Assembly: GCF_016433145.1 (NCBI RefSeq)
Contig: NC_058130.1
Coordinates: 591,631,900-591,695,899 of the forward strand
Direction of reading: 5' to 3'
DNA: 64,000 nt
Source of the DNA: Gracilinanus agilis
Lineage: Eukaryota
The notes beneath the pieces were generated by a model. It made no database searches, had not been told where the DNA came from, and saw only the letters and a list, made by a program, of their open reading frames with translations. The first letter of the stretch is position 1, and each line of letters starts with the position of its first letter. Shown here one piece after another: positions 1 through 12,445 of the stretch. The position numbers were made by a program, and so were the translations under genes.

Positions 1-894
1 TATTTTTGAGGTATCTCATTGACTGTCTTCAAGGAAAGGTCTGGGAACCATTTGTCAGATTTGTTGTGGTCAGGATACTTTCCTTAAGTTCAGATAGGAA
101 GCTTCTGAACTCTTAAGATCTTGGATTTTGATGAGTCTGTGGATCTTTGCCCTTTGTTGTTTTTGTGTTTCCTGCTGTTTTAAGAAAATTTGAGAGGACT
201 TGTTCTCTGTCTTTCTCTGTCTCTGTCTTCCCCTCTCTTCCCTACCTTTTTCTTGGCTTTTTTCCTGATCTTGAAAATGGGTAAATGACAGAGCTGGTCT
301 TAGGTGACTGTCTCTGTCCTGTTCAAGCATCTCTCTTTTTAGAAAGTATCATTGCTTCTCATTCCATGGTGGTTGAATCCTATCACCTTAGTTTCTGGGA
401 GAGGTAAAAGAACAATGTTTTCCTAAAGTCTGGATATGGAGATTAATTTTTATTCCATTAATGCATACCAGCTCCCCAGCTAAATCGCACATTTATAACT
501 CTTCAGGAATCCTTATTCATGTCTTTAATTCCTTCTTGACAAAGCAAATAAAGCAAGCCACTTCCCTTGATTTGTTTTCTCTAAGAATGCTTATTAGTGA
601 TTCAGTGTGATTACTTCCTCTATTCCTTTCTTATAGAGCTAGCCACAAAGCTTTGCTGCAGACTTTTCCATTTCCCTTGCAACTTTTATTTCCCTCTGAA
701 TCATGGGATGTAATTCACTTGGGTCCAATGATTTGTCAAATTGAGTGGTTATAATTACCTTATTTGCAATGGGAAAATATTTTAATATTTCACTATGCCC
801 CTCAAGAAATTGCATCTCTACCTTGATGACAAATCCCTCTCATCTGTGAATAATGGGGTGGAAATAGTTCTAAGCCCTCAGCATATCAGACTGA

Positions 895-1050
895 TTTTCT
901 TCTCTTTCTGTCTCTGTCTCTCTGTCTCCGTCTCTGTCTCTTTCTGTCTCTCTCTCTCCTCCCTCTTCCTCTTTCTCAGTTCTTTCTCTGTTTTCTTTCC
1001 TCCTCTCTCTATTCCTTCCCTATATCCTACCTCCCTTTTCTCTTTTTCAC
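895..1050. repeat. CT/CTGT-rich simple repeat
   Basis: Degenerate (CTCT/CTGT)n pyrimidine tract visible directly. Confidence 0.85.
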
Positions 1051-1639
1051 TATACTCTTTGGGATAATGCTTAAAAAGCTATATATGATTCTCACATATT
1101 CATTTCCTTCTTCCCCCCTATTTCTATTGCTTCTATATGTGTCATTTCCTACTTCATGCATTGCATAGTAATTCCACCGTACCTGTTTTTCAAAGATAAA
1201 TATTTAACACCATGAGTTAATCTAAATATCTGTAGCATTAGAGGATAATTCAGTAGGAAATAGCATTATTTAGTGGGAAGCACACTGAACTGTGAATGAG
1301 GGGTCCTGTGTTCTAGATGAGCTTTTTCTATAAAATAAGAACTGAATTACATGAGAGATTCTTACTTCCCTTTTTGTGCAATGAAACCTTTGGGAAATCT
1401 GATGAAGCTTGTAGATCCCCTTATCAATTACTGTTTTGCTGCATATATGAAGGAAATACTAAATTTCAGTTAGAGGTTGTTAAAAACAAATATAATTCTT
1501 GTTTTCCCATCCAAGCTTATGAAATACTTGAAATTTCTCTATGCTCTTATTGGGGATACATGAGCCCTAGGCTAAGAACCCCTGAATTAGATGCTGATCT
1601 CTAACGTGTTTTCCTCACATATACCTAGTTATATATTGT

Positions 1640-1780
1640 CCTTATTATTATCTCCAATTTATGGATAAGAAAACTGAAGCTGAGAGAGGTCCAAGGTCAC
1701 AAAAAAGTAAATATTAGATAAAGATTTTGAATCTTTTCCTCTTCCTATTCCAAGTTCACCTTTTTTTTCCAGCTGCTGTA
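1640..1780 (-). mobile_element. MIR (CORE-SINE) fragment
   Basis: 'ttattattatctccaatttatggataagaaaactgaagctgagagagg..caaggtcaca' matches the reverse-strand MIR core (cccattttacagatgaggaaactgaggc). Confidence 0.7.
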
Positions 1781-2288
1781 AGCATAGCATAAGCATGCTA
1801 AGTCATAGGTCCTTTAACTCAATGAATAAAAGAGATTTACTTCCTATTAGGCTGGATCTTGAGGTGATGTGTACCCAGTTGGCTCCTGCCCCTCTGAACT
1901 GCTATCAGTTGTTTGTTTGGGGGAAAACATTTTATTTCCTTGTTAAATCTCTGCATATTCTAATTCTCACCAAGTCATGAACTTTGTCCTCTTGCCCAAT
2001 TATTCCTTATTTTTCAAATGATATGAAAACAACCACATTTTCAAGGCTCTTACTCCTTCAGTCATATGACCATACTTCCTGTTTCATGCTTAAACTTGGC
2101 CACTGGAGTTAAAGGAACATTTTAATCCTAGAAACAATGATTATGTGTCTTTCCAACACTCCCAGTGTTAACAGTGCTTACTAATAGCATATAATTCCAT
2201 CTTCTCTCTGCATCTTCCTTATGATCATATTCTTATAATGTCCCTTTTATCTTAGACTTGCTTCAAGCTCTTAATTTTAATGTCTTTT

Positions 2289-2500
2289 GGGGCAGCTAGG
2301 TGGCTCAGTTGATTGAGAGTCACACCTGGAGACAGGAGGTCCGGGGTTTATTCAAATGTAGCATCAGACACTTCCTAGCTGTGTGACCCTGGGCAAGTCA
2401 CTGAACCCCCATTGCCTAGCCCTTACTGCTCTTCTGCCTTTAAATCAATTCATGGTTTTGATTCAAAGATGGAAGGTAAGGGTTTAAAAAAGAGAAAAAA
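2289..2500 (+). mobile_element. SINE1_Mdo-type SINE (long-tail variant)
   Basis: ggggcagctaggtggctcag head with A/B-box-like motifs, CORE 'gctgtgtgaccctgggcaagtcac', tail 'gcccttactgctcttctgcc...gaaggtaagggtttaaaaaa'. Confidence 0.92.
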
Positions 2501-2709
2501 ATATATTGTTATTCTTTTTTAGGGTTTTGTTGCTAAGTCTGCTGATTCTTACTTCTCCCATTGTAATATGTCTGTTCTGACTGTAATAGGTGCTTATTTA
2601 GTCTTCTTTGATAGAAAAATACTTCAATTTTGTACCAGTTATGTAACTACTCTTTTTAGTTCCTAATTTTGTCTTATATTCTATGTGTGGTTAAATCTCT
2701 TGCTCAGCT

Positions 2710-2767
2710 CCAGTTAAATCCAGCTCAACTCCAGAAATCCAGTTAAATCCAGCTCAACTCCAGAAAT
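2710..2767. repeat. Perfect 29-bp tandem duplication
   Basis: ccagttaaatccagctcaactccagaaat at 2710-2738 and 2739-2767. Confidence 0.95.
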
Positions 2768-2834
2768 GCATGTCCGTACTCCTCACTTACTTTGTTTTTT
2801 CAATTTGTATTTTAATTCTGTTGAAAACCTTAAT

Positions 2835-2945
2835 AAATTCGAAGCTCTTGGAGGACAGGACCAGTACTTCATAGATCTTTATCCTTCCCACAGTGTCTGA
2901 TATGGTGTCTTCTACAAAGCAGTTACTCAATAAATATTGTTGATG
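2835..2945 (+). mobile_element. L2 3' terminal fragment
   Basis: 'gaagctcttggaggacaggacc...cacagtgtctg...ctcaataaatattgttgatga' resembles the canonical L2 3' end. Confidence 0.7.
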
Positions 2946-2984
2946 ATAATGACAGCAGTGATGGTAGTGATGGTATAGAGCTAA

Positions 2985-3250
2985 GGCAGCAGAGGTTGTA
3001 GTGGGAAGTGCTTTGAATTTAGATCATTGATCCCTGTGTTCAAATCTTGCTCTGGCACTTTCTAGCTCTTTGACTTTGGAATATAAATTTGGAGTCAGAA
3101 ATCTCAGATTCAAATCCCACTTTTGGAAACTATTTCCTATGTGTTATTGTGCAAGTGATTTAATTTTTATGAGATTCAATATCCCATATATGCATGTATA
3201 AGATAAGGCGATGAAACTAAATAATCCCTGTGGTCCCTTCTACCTCTAAA
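2985..3250 (+). mobile_element. MIR fragments
   Basis: 'gttcaaatcttgctctggcactttctagct', 'ctcagattcaaatcccac', 'tgggcaagt'-like core and 'ataatccctgtggtcccttctacctctaaaa' MIR3-like tail. Confidence 0.65.
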
Positions 3251-4288
3251 ATATATGATGATGAAACTTATATGTCATATTTCTCTCATTTCTACTTTTC
3301 TCTGTCCCTATCTCAGTCTCTATCTTGGATTAACTGCCATTTTCTGTCTCTGTTTTGTTTCTCTGTAGGAATACTTAGGTGCTTCTCCTTTGAATGAAAA
3401 GGCAGCCTGTAGTGTGAACTTTATGTTACTTTGGGTTACAGATTGGATTCCTTTCCATTTTTGGAAATTCAATTTCATTCTTTTTCTGTTTCTGTTTTGT
3501 GGATACAGAATAATTCTGAGTTATTTGAGTCTGTATACTTTCACAAGCCAATGGGGAGAGCTACCTCAGATGGACTTCTAGTTCCCTTTCCCTTGGGGAT
3601 GAGTCCCAGAGGTTTCTGATCTATCTAATTCTTCTCTGCCATCTTTCACCCCTCCCCATTTCCAATTGTAGTCCTTTTCCCTTAGGCACCTAATGAGAAT
3701 CTGTGTTTTCTATCTCTTGTGATATAGGTATGGAAGTAGAGTCAGACAGTCTTTTACCTGAGAAGAGATAAGTAAGGAGTCTCACACTCAGATGTAGACA
3801 TAAAAGCATATAAGTTTACTTTGTACTGGCTACAAAGGGCAAGGGGCAAGGATGTTGAATAAAGGAACTTAAATAATTTCATTTATAAATCATTTCATGA
3901 GAATTTGATCTTCTGAGGTATTTCAGTCTTTTTATCTTAAAGTTATATTTCTATTTAATTATTCCAGCTTTGGTGTACATTCTCTTTCTTTTGAGATTGT
4001 TCATTTGGAGCAGTGTATAGGAAATAGTAACTCTGCCATCTTTGCTTCCTATTTCTGTGTTGAATGTTCATCATATCTGCAGCAAATGTCTGATTTTTGT
4101 TATATCCAAATGATGAGATGACATAGAATCAATTCAGTCTGGATGCTTGGTCTACCCAAAACTATTTAGTTTATTTTTACAAGTGTCTATTTCTATTGTC
4201 ACAATCCGAATGTATGTTCTTATTTTTACCCATCTGGACTTTTGCAGTTTCCTAATAGATTATCATCGCCATTCTCTTTCATTAAACC

Positions 4289-4478
4289 CATGAGTTCTTA
4301 ACCTTTTTCACATCATGGACCCCTTTGGAAGCCTGATGGAAGTAGACACCTCTTGTTAGAATAACATTTTTAAAACATAAAATGTGTAAGTTATAAAAAA
4401 CAATCAATTAAAATATGGAATTTTTACACCCAAATTTGCAGATCCCTAAGATTTATCCACAGACCCTAAAAACCCCTG
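4289..4478. mobile_element. MER5-like hAT-Charlie MITE
   Basis: Starts 'catgagttcttaacct...catggacccc' and ends 'gaccctaaaaacccctg', i.e. degenerate terminal inverted repeats of the MER5 type. Confidence 0.7.
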
Positions 4479-4529
4479 CTTAGGCCTCATATCACTAAAA
4501 ATTTTATCTTTAAATATAGTTTTTGTAAC

Positions 4530-4920
4530 TAATAATATAGCAATGTAAAGTTTGCAAAATATTTTATCTATATTATCTTATTTTATTTTTTCGGCAACCC
4601 AGGAGGTAGGTACTATTATCCCAATTTTAGAGATGAGGAAATACAGATATTAAGTGACTTTTCTCACTGTTATTATCTGAAGGATGGTTTAAACTTAGTT
4701 CTCTATGTCCAATGCTATATGAATTAAATTTATTTTTTCATACGTATCAATAACAGTATTAATTCATTTTATATAATGCTTTAAAATTTGGGAAATGCTT
4801 GCCTCAAAACAACACAGTGAGGAAGATAGTATAATAATTATGCCCATTTTTAAATGAGAAAACTGAAACTTTGCATTTAAATAATTTGCCATTGGTCACA
4901 TAGCAATAGAATACCACATT
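4530..4920 (-). mobile_element. Two adjacent MIR fragments
   Basis: 'tattatcccaattttagagatgaggaaa' (about 4615) and 'tatgcccatttttaaatgagaaaactgaaac' (about 4840) are MIR core signatures. Confidence 0.7.
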
Positions 4921-5350
4921 ATAAACATTTATTAAATGCATATTATGCTTCAGGCACTATGCTAAGTGGTAGGAATACAAAAATTTAAAAAAAAAAGAAA
5001 GATATTCCCTTAAGTCAGGAAACTTATTATCTAATGGAGGCAGACAATACCTAAAAAAAGTGAATCTGAAAGGAGAATGGAGGCCTGCCAGAGGGGTTTC
5101 CAGATTGGGGTTGTGTTTTTGGTGGAACTGAAACCACATAGTATAGTTAGTGGGAAATGAAGAAGTGGCTGAACATTTTGAGCCCTCAATAAAGGAAGCC
5201 TTTGGGATGAATTTTTTCTCATTCTCTAGCCCTACAATCAGTGAGGCAGAGGCAACTAAGGAGGAGTTAGTCATAGCTGAACCATCTCAGTGATGATGAG
5301 TTTCCAGTTTTTCCTGTGGAGCATGATAGAGGAGTCAAAATCAAGTAGAA
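4920..5350 (-). mobile_element. L2 3' region fragment
   Basis: 'catttattaaatgcatattatgcttcaggcactatgctaagtggtaggaatacaaaa...ttatctaatggagg' is the reverse complement of the L2 3' end. Confidence 0.75.
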
Positions 5351-5749
5351 CAGTTGGTGGGTGATTGTGAAGGTCTAAGGCACAATTTAAACCCACTTGT
5401 TCTGATTCCAAGTTCTGTACTCTCTCTGCCAGTCATGACTCCTCTAAATAAGACATGCTTCTAAACATAGAATCCTCTGGCTAAAGCCTTTTAATGATTC
5501 TCTATTGCTTACTGGTTAACATACACATTCCTTTATTTGATATTCAAGGTTGTTCACCATCCAGCACTGCCAAAGTTTCCAGTGTTTCTTCATGGCAGCC
5601 CCTACTACACATTTTATCTTCCAGTCAAAATGTGAGTAGCCTAGTTTGCCCGGATTCAGGTATTTATATAAGTTTGCTTACTGTAAGCTTCAGTAGAATA
5701 CGCTACTTGAGAGCAGGATGTTGTTGTTTTCAATATTGATGCCAAGCTT

Positions 5750-5990
5750 TTCTATAACTTTCCTCTATGTTTGGAATGTTCTTCTTCAGTCCTACCTTCC
5801 ACACTGCCTACCCCACTGAATTCTTGCCCTCCTTTAAAGTCCACCTTAAATATCATCTCCTACAGAATGCTTTCTCTTATCCCCGAGGTCTTTAAAGTAT
5901 TCCTCTCTCCAACAAACATTACATATTCAATAAGGGTAGAACTTTGCATTCACATTTCCTGCAATATTGTATGACATAATTATTTCTGTA
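5750..5990 (+). mobile_element. L2 3' fragment
   Basis: 'ttggaatgttcttcttc...cctttaaagtccaccttaaatatcatctcctacagaatgctttctcttatcccc' is a typical L2 3' segment. Confidence 0.7.
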
Positions 5991-6001
5991 TGGGAAACTA
6001 G

Positions 6002-7170
6002 TGTTATAAGGGGATTAAGCTAGTGGGGAAATAAAGTGGTTGTAATAAGGGAATAGGCTAGAGGTCATAGGGAAATTAAGGCAGAGATAAGGTTGTAATA
6101 GGGGATAAGGCAGGTAAAGGGCTAAAGGTAGTGTGAATAGGGATAAGGCACTGTGGACAGGGTTTGTGGATCCTTAAGGCAGTAAAATGGATAACGAAGG
6201 TACGATGGTAAAGGTGGTAGATTAAGGTGGTAGGAGAAATAAGGGAATGACTGAGTTTAGGGAATATAAACACGGAGGTATAAAGAATTGCAAGGGAGAG
6301 GATGAGGTATTCTGGGCAGGCAGCTACAGTCTGGGGGACACAGACTGGGACACAGGTTTGAGACAGACACTAAAGGGAAACAGACTGAGCCCTTCAAGTA
6401 GGAAGGGCATTTTTACAGACAAAGTTTAGGGCCAGCCAAGAATGGCTTGAAACTGACTAGAGAGCTTTCTATTCAGTTTCTCAGGTTTATAAAGGAAGAG
6501 TTCAGAGGAAGTACTGAGATTACACTTCCTCCAAAATGTACACCTCCAATTCCCTTCAAGACCAAGAGACAATATTATTCCTTTCTCCCCTTCTCCCTCT
6601 CTTATCAATCAACTAACAAAGTAGCCAAAGGTTTGATTAAGTGACAAACAGGGTTTATTGAGTTTTAGGGTTGATTGGAAGGCATGGAGGGATACAAGGT
6701 AACTCTATCAGCCGCCTAGAGAAAGCCTCAGGTGGGGTGGGAGACAGGAATGTGAGACTGAGAAAGGACCTGCCTAACTCAGCCCCTAGCGGTTTTGTAA
6801 CCTAAAAGCGGTAGGAAAGTTGGATACAATGATTAAAGAGATAATTTGTAACAAGGGTAAGCCTTATTTGACTATGGGGAAACTAAATCTACCAAGATTG
6901 AAAAGCTAACACTCAGATCCACCCTCCTTTCAAAACTCACAAAAATTCAGGAAGGGGAAATGATGATTGGGAATAGGGAGGTTAGGGAGATCCAAAAGAA
7001 GTAGTTAAGCTAACAAATTTTAAGAGAAAAGCTGTAGAATATAGGCCAGGTTTTCAGTCCAAAGAATAGAACTCAGTTGACCCTCCTCCTCTCATCAAGT
7101 CTCCAGGGTCAACTGACTAACCTCAGGATTCTAAACCCCTTTCAACTGTCAGAAACTCTGCAGTACTACA
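6002..7170. mobile_element. ERV LTR-like region (single long or composite solo LTR)
   Basis: TG...CA termini with near-identical 4-bp flanks (ctag/ccag), raised GC, TATA-like ttataaa at about 6487, GGAAGT motifs, minus-strand AATAAA at about 6655, degenerate G-rich tandem repeats at 6010-6150. Confidence 0.6.
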
Positions 7171-7931
7171 CCAGAAGCTAGAGGAAGGCAGAGATCATGT
7201 CATAATATATATCTGTCTTGGTTAGCCCAATGCTCTGACTATAACAAGAACATTTTTGCTTTTCATATTGATTGAATTTATCCTGCTGTAGGACTAGCAT
7301 ACATTATCATTATTAGAAAAATGCCAGGCATTCCCTATATAATGAATAAAAGTCAACCCCAACTAATTTAGGTTATATCTTCCCTCAATTTTAAATAAAT
7401 TGCACTATTATCTCTAATTTCATGCTTCTCAGTCACATTTTTGAACCTCTTTCTAGAAGAGAGGAAACCAGAAAGGGTGCAAAATTTTTCTTCCCAGTAA
7501 ATTCTAAACCAATCTATTCCCCTTTATAGGCAATAATGTTTTAACAAGTTTGAAAACATTCACCTATTAACTAGCCCATTTATAAGCCATAATTCAAATA
7601 TCTCATCATATGTGTTGTCATTGGTCTGTCAATATCTATTGATCCTCTTCTTTGACAAAAATGTAAATGAGCTTCTGAACAGAGTTCTATGACATAGATT
7701 TAAATTCTTCCTTATTCTTCTTACCTAACAGCCCAAACTCACTTCTACATATTGATTTTAACATCCTGACTCAGGCATTGGTCAGAATAAGAGAGACCTA
7801 AGATCTACTACAAAGTGGCATCTCTGTAATCTGAGATGAGTCACCCATCTCATCTTTTCTCTGCCACCAAAAATGCTCTAGTCCAGAAGATGTCTCACAT
7901 CATTTTCTCTCAGAAGCATTCACACTCTTTC

Positions 7932-8907
7932 TTTTTTTTAAAATCATTTATTAATATTCATTTTTAACATGGTTACATGATTCAAGCTCCTACTTTCCCC
8001 TTCACCTCCTGCTGTCCCCCCACCCATAGCTGACACACATTTCCACTGGTTTTAACATGTGTCCTTGTTCAAGACCTATTTCCAAATTGTTGATATTTGC
8101 ATTGGTGTGGTAGTTTCGAGTCCACATCCCCAATCATGTCCTCCTCAGCCCATGCGTTCAAGCATTTGTTTTTCTTATATGTTTCCTCTCCTGTAGTTCT
8201 TCCTCTGAATGTGGATAGTGTTCTTTACCATAAATCCCTCAGAGCTATCCTGTGTCATTGCTTTCTGCTGGTACAGAAGTCCATTGCATTCGAATTTTAC
8301 CATAGTATATCAGTCTCTGTGTACAATGTTCTTCTGGCTCTGCTCCTTTTACTCTGCATCAGTTCCCTGAGGTCTTTCCAGTTCACACGGAATTCCTCCA
8401 GTTTATTAATCTTTTGAGCGCAATAGTATTCCATCACCAGCATATACCACAATTTGTTCAGCCATTCCCCAATTGAAGGACATACCCTCCTTTTCCAGTT
8501 CTTTGCTACCACAAAAAGTGCAGCTATAAATATTTTCATACAAATCTGTTTATCAATGATCTCTTTGGGGTACAAACCCAACAATGGTATGGCTGGATCA
8601 AAGGGCAGGAATTCTTTTATAGCCCTTTGAGCATAGTTCCAAATTGCCATCCAGAATGGTTGGATCAGTTCACAACTCCACCAGCAATGCATTAATGTTC
8701 CAATTTTGCCACATCCCCTCCTGCATTCATTACTCTCCCCTTCTGTCATTTTAGCCAATCTGCTAGGTGTGAGGTGGTACCTCAGAGTTGTTTTGATTTG
8801 CATTTCTCTAATTATTGGAGATTTAGAACACTTTCTCATGTGCTTATTGATACTTTTGATTTCTTTACCTGAAAATTGCCTATTCATGTCTCTTGCCCAT
8901 TTATCAA
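7932..8907 (-). mobile_element. 5'-truncated L1 (L1_Mdo-like), relatively young
   Basis: Reverse-strand L1 3' UTR and poly(A) at 7932; ORF2 C-terminus open for 204 codons; target-site duplication tcacactct at 7920-7928 and 8908-8916. Confidence 0.95.
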
Positions 8908-8911
8908 TCAC
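8297..8911 (-). pseudogene. L1 ORF2 C-terminal remnant (Cys-rich/CCHC region)
   Basis: Translation IDKWARDMNRQFS..IIREMQIKTTLRYHLTP..C.RGCGKIGTLMHCWW..FDPAIPLLGLYPKE..FIAALFVVAKNWK..CPSIGEWLNKLWY is the mammalian L1 ORF2 C-terminus. Confidence 0.95.
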
Positions 8912-9079
8912 ACTCTACTTTCAAGGGGATTAATGGAGTTTAGCTTTATATGCAGATATATATGAATATATGTATGTGTGTATGCATCTAAAATGTAGGT
9001 ATATATTCCTCCCTTCTTCCCTCCCTCCATTCCTTCCTTCCTTCCTTGTAGAAAATGCTTTCCTCAAAATAAGCCAGTG

Positions 9080-11506
9080 AAGGAATAGATTGTAGAAAGA
9101 TGGTGGAGGAGAGTGTGAGACTGCCAAGCACACCAAGCTCCCCCATAAAGAATCATAAACAAATCTGCAGAATTAGTATCCAAAACAGAAAAAAATGGAA
9201 AATATTTGGGAGTTAATCAGAGTATCAGGGTATAACTTGGAAGAGTGATCTCTGACATCTCTGGCCTTGGCATTATCTGGTAGGGCAGGCACCCTAGGGG
9301 AACACAGAAGGATAAATAAGCTGCAAGCCCTGGGAGTAGGGTGAACAGCCCCACTTTTTCTGACCTGGGAGTCTGCATCTGACTGGTGGCTGCGGGTTGA
9401 ATCTACAGGTGGTGAGCTCTGGGAGCATCTGTGTGGAGTGCAGTCACCCTTCTAGACATGGACTCACTCCCAGGCTGCCCTTTCAGGAGAAGAGGAGTGA
9501 AGTAGAAGCACACACTGGTGACTGTGGTTGCTGAGGAGCTAGGATTCTGATGACTATTTTTACTCACAGCATAGCGGAGGCCCTGGCTTCTGTCCCAGAA
9601 ACGTGTTTGCTTACAATGGTAGAACTACTGCCACCATCCCTCATTTGGAACTCCTGAAGTCAATCACGGACTTTGGATTTGATCTGGGGGAATGGGAACT
9701 AAACTTGACCCTGGATTATAAAAATTAGAATAACTAAATAGGGCCCAGGAAGTAAACACAAAAATCTTGAAACTTGAAGCATTGTCACTTACACTCTGGG
9801 AATAGAGCCCAACTCATACATAAAATTAATAATTAAGCCTATTTGTTTGGCCATAATGAGTAAGCCAAAAAGTAAGAACTCAACTATGGATAGCTATTAT
9901 GAGGAAAAAGAAAACCTGGGTTAAAATTTGGAGGACAGTAAAGTTAAACACTTATTTCTAAAATAACAAAGAAAAAGACCAAATGGTCTCAAGCCAAAAG
10001 GTGATTTTGGTAGTGCTTAAAAATGATATTAAAAACCAAATGAGAGAGGTTGAAGAAAAGCTAGGAAAAATTAGAGCAATGCAAAAAAAGAAAATTACAA
10101 AAGGAAGATCTCCCTATTAGAAAAAAAAAAGATTCAAAAAGTCATGGGAGAAAAATAATTCATTAAGAATTAGAACTGGAAAAGAAGAAGTTAATGACTT
10201 CTTAAGACAACAAAAAATAACCAAGCAAAATCCAAAGAATGGAATAGGAGAAGAGACTATGAAACATCTAATTATAAAAACAACTGCCATGAAAAATACA
10301 TCAAGGAGTAACAATATAAGAACTGTCCAACTACCAAAAATTATTATAAAAAAAGTTTAGACATACTTAAATATGTCATTCAGAAAAAATTCCCAGAAGT
10401 CCTAGAACTAGAGGGTGAAATAGAAATTGAAAGAATCCACTGACTACCACTGCAAAGAGACCCCAAGAGGAAAATGTACAGAAATTTCATTGCTATGTTC
10501 TGTAATTCCTAGACTAAGGAAAAAATACTACAAGCAACAAGAAAAAATTAGAGGAAATTTTATTTTTCCAAATGCTTATATCAATAAAAAAGGGAAAGTA
10601 CAGATAAATTAATTGGAAATGCAATTAAAAAACTAGAAAAAGAAAAAATAAAACCTCTAACCAAACACAAAATTAGAAATCCTAAAAATTAAAGGCAAGA
10701 TCAATACAATTGAATGTAACAAAACCATTGGATTAATAAATAAATCTAGGAGTTGGTTTTAAATTAAAAAACCCCAAAAAACAGGTAAAATATTGGTTGG
10801 TATGATTATAGAAAGAGAAAAAAAACAAAATCTTTAGCATTAAAAATGAAAAGGGTGAATATATCACCAATGAAGATGAAATTAAAGCAATAATAGGGAG
10901 TTATTTTGCTTAGTTATATGCCAACAAATTTAACAATGTAAGTGAATTGGAAGAATACTTTGAAAAATATAAACTGAATAGACTATCAGAGGAAAAAATA
11001 GAACATCTAAATAAACCTATTTTATGAAAGAAAATTGAACAGGCCTTCAATGAAACTTCTAAAAATAAAGCATTAGGGCCAAGTGGATTAAGTTAGTTCT
11101 ACAAAACATTTAGAGATGAACTAATTCCAATATTAAACAAATTATTTGAAATAATATGTAAAGAAAGAGTTTTATTAAATCTCTTTTATGAAACAGATAT
11201 TGAACTGATACCTAAGCCAGAAAGAGAAAAAAAAACAAAAAAGAAAATTATAGAGTAATTAATATGGATGCAAAAATCCTAAGTAAATCCTAAGGAAAAT
11301 ACTAACTACAACAATACACCACAAAGATTATACATTGTGATCAAACAGGATTTATACCAGGAATTCAGGGATAGATTACTCTGAGGAAAACTACCAATAT
11401 ACTTGATCATATTAATAACAAAAGTAACAAAAATCATATGATTATATCAACAAATGTAGAAAATATATTTGATAATATGCAATACTCATTTCTATTAAAA
11501 AACACT
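9080..11506 (+). mobile_element. Old L1 copy A: 5' UTR, degenerate ORF1, internal deletion, ORF2 linker to RT start
   Basis: GC-elevated 5' UTR at about 9.1-9.8 kb; A-rich ORF1 from about 9855 (coiled coil, ..ETPR..ILQATRK); joins ORF2 'RGNFIFPNAYINKK' at about 10545; RT-entry motifs (LIPKPE..ENYR..NMDAKIL..NHMIIS) up to 11506. Confidence 0.88.
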
Positions 11507-12329
11507 GGACGGATAGAGAGACAGAGTAACACTGAAAGCTAGAACCACTCTGAGAATTCTCTGAAACCAACATTAAAATGGCACCTCAAAATGAATACTG
11601 GGGTCACAGAGCCAAACAAGGGAATGGAATAGTAACTCTCCTGTAGAAAACAACTTGAAAAGTAGACAGAGAGGGTCTATTTCATGGGACTAAGAAAACT
11701 GGACATAAAACTGTACCTAGTACAAGCCACTCACTCCCACATCTACTGTGCTAGGTTGTGAACCTGGGAACAAGCCAACTTCAAGATGCCAAGACACCCC
11801 ACACCCATCCCTTGAAGTCCCAAGTCCTGGCACAAATTTTGTGTGGGGCCCCCAAGACCTTGGTTCTTGGCCCATTCAAGCCTTCAATCAAACTCCTAGT
11901 CCCAGAGCAAAATAACCCACAGTGCTCTGAGCCTTGCAAGCCATCAGAAATCCCTAGAGAAATTTAAATCAGCAGCTCCCAGAGCTCTCAGCCTACAGGT
12001 CAGCATACCACATTGAAAGAATCGAAAGTTGTAGAAAACCAGAATAAGAGCTGAGGGTAGTAGGAAAACTGAAAGTTAGGAGAATGTACTCTCTACCCTG
12101 AAAAATAGAGTCTGCCTTTAAGATAAAAATTTTAAAGGCTAGAAAAATGAGCAAACAACAAAAGAAATACCTAACCATAGAAAAATTTTATGGAGACAAA
12201 GAAGAGCAAGTGAAAGCAAAGCAGGCCAATATAAAACTTCAAAGAAAAATGGGGATTGATCTCAGGTGTGGAAGAGTTCAAAATTCAAAATAAAAAATCA
12301 AATAAGAGAAACAGAAGAAAAATGGTAAA

Positions 12330-12445
12330 AAAAATGAAAGTAACACAAAAAAGAAAGTAACAAAAAGAATTCTGCATAAAAATTCTGCTTAAAAAATGAA
12401 AGTAACACAAAAAGAAAGTAACGCAAAAAGAATTCTGCTTAAAAA
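12330..12445. repeat. About 60-bp imperfect tandem duplication inside L1 ORF1
   Basis: aaaaaatgaaagtaacacaaaaa(a)gaaagtaac(g)caaaaagaattctgc occurs twice in tandem. Confidence 0.85.

Noticed and set aside
70-385. Minus-strand ORF MLEQDRD... with exon-like acceptor (about 385) and donor (about 241)
   Set aside because: The ORF runs through a CT/CTGT microsatellite. The spliced version gives only a 47-aa peptide with upstream out-of-frame ATGs and no recognisable homology.
795-1067. Hydrophobic 90-aa ORF, and similar ORFs at 16660-16899, 42800-43171 and 62253-62599
   Set aside because: These are translations of CT- or GA-rich simple repeats; the Leu/Ser/Phe or Lys/Arg/Glu richness is a compositional artefact.
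2289-2360. tRNA-like A/B-box heads
   Set aside because: They are the 5' ends of SINE1/MAR1/MIR elements continuing into CORE sequence, not tRNA genes; there is no cloverleaf.
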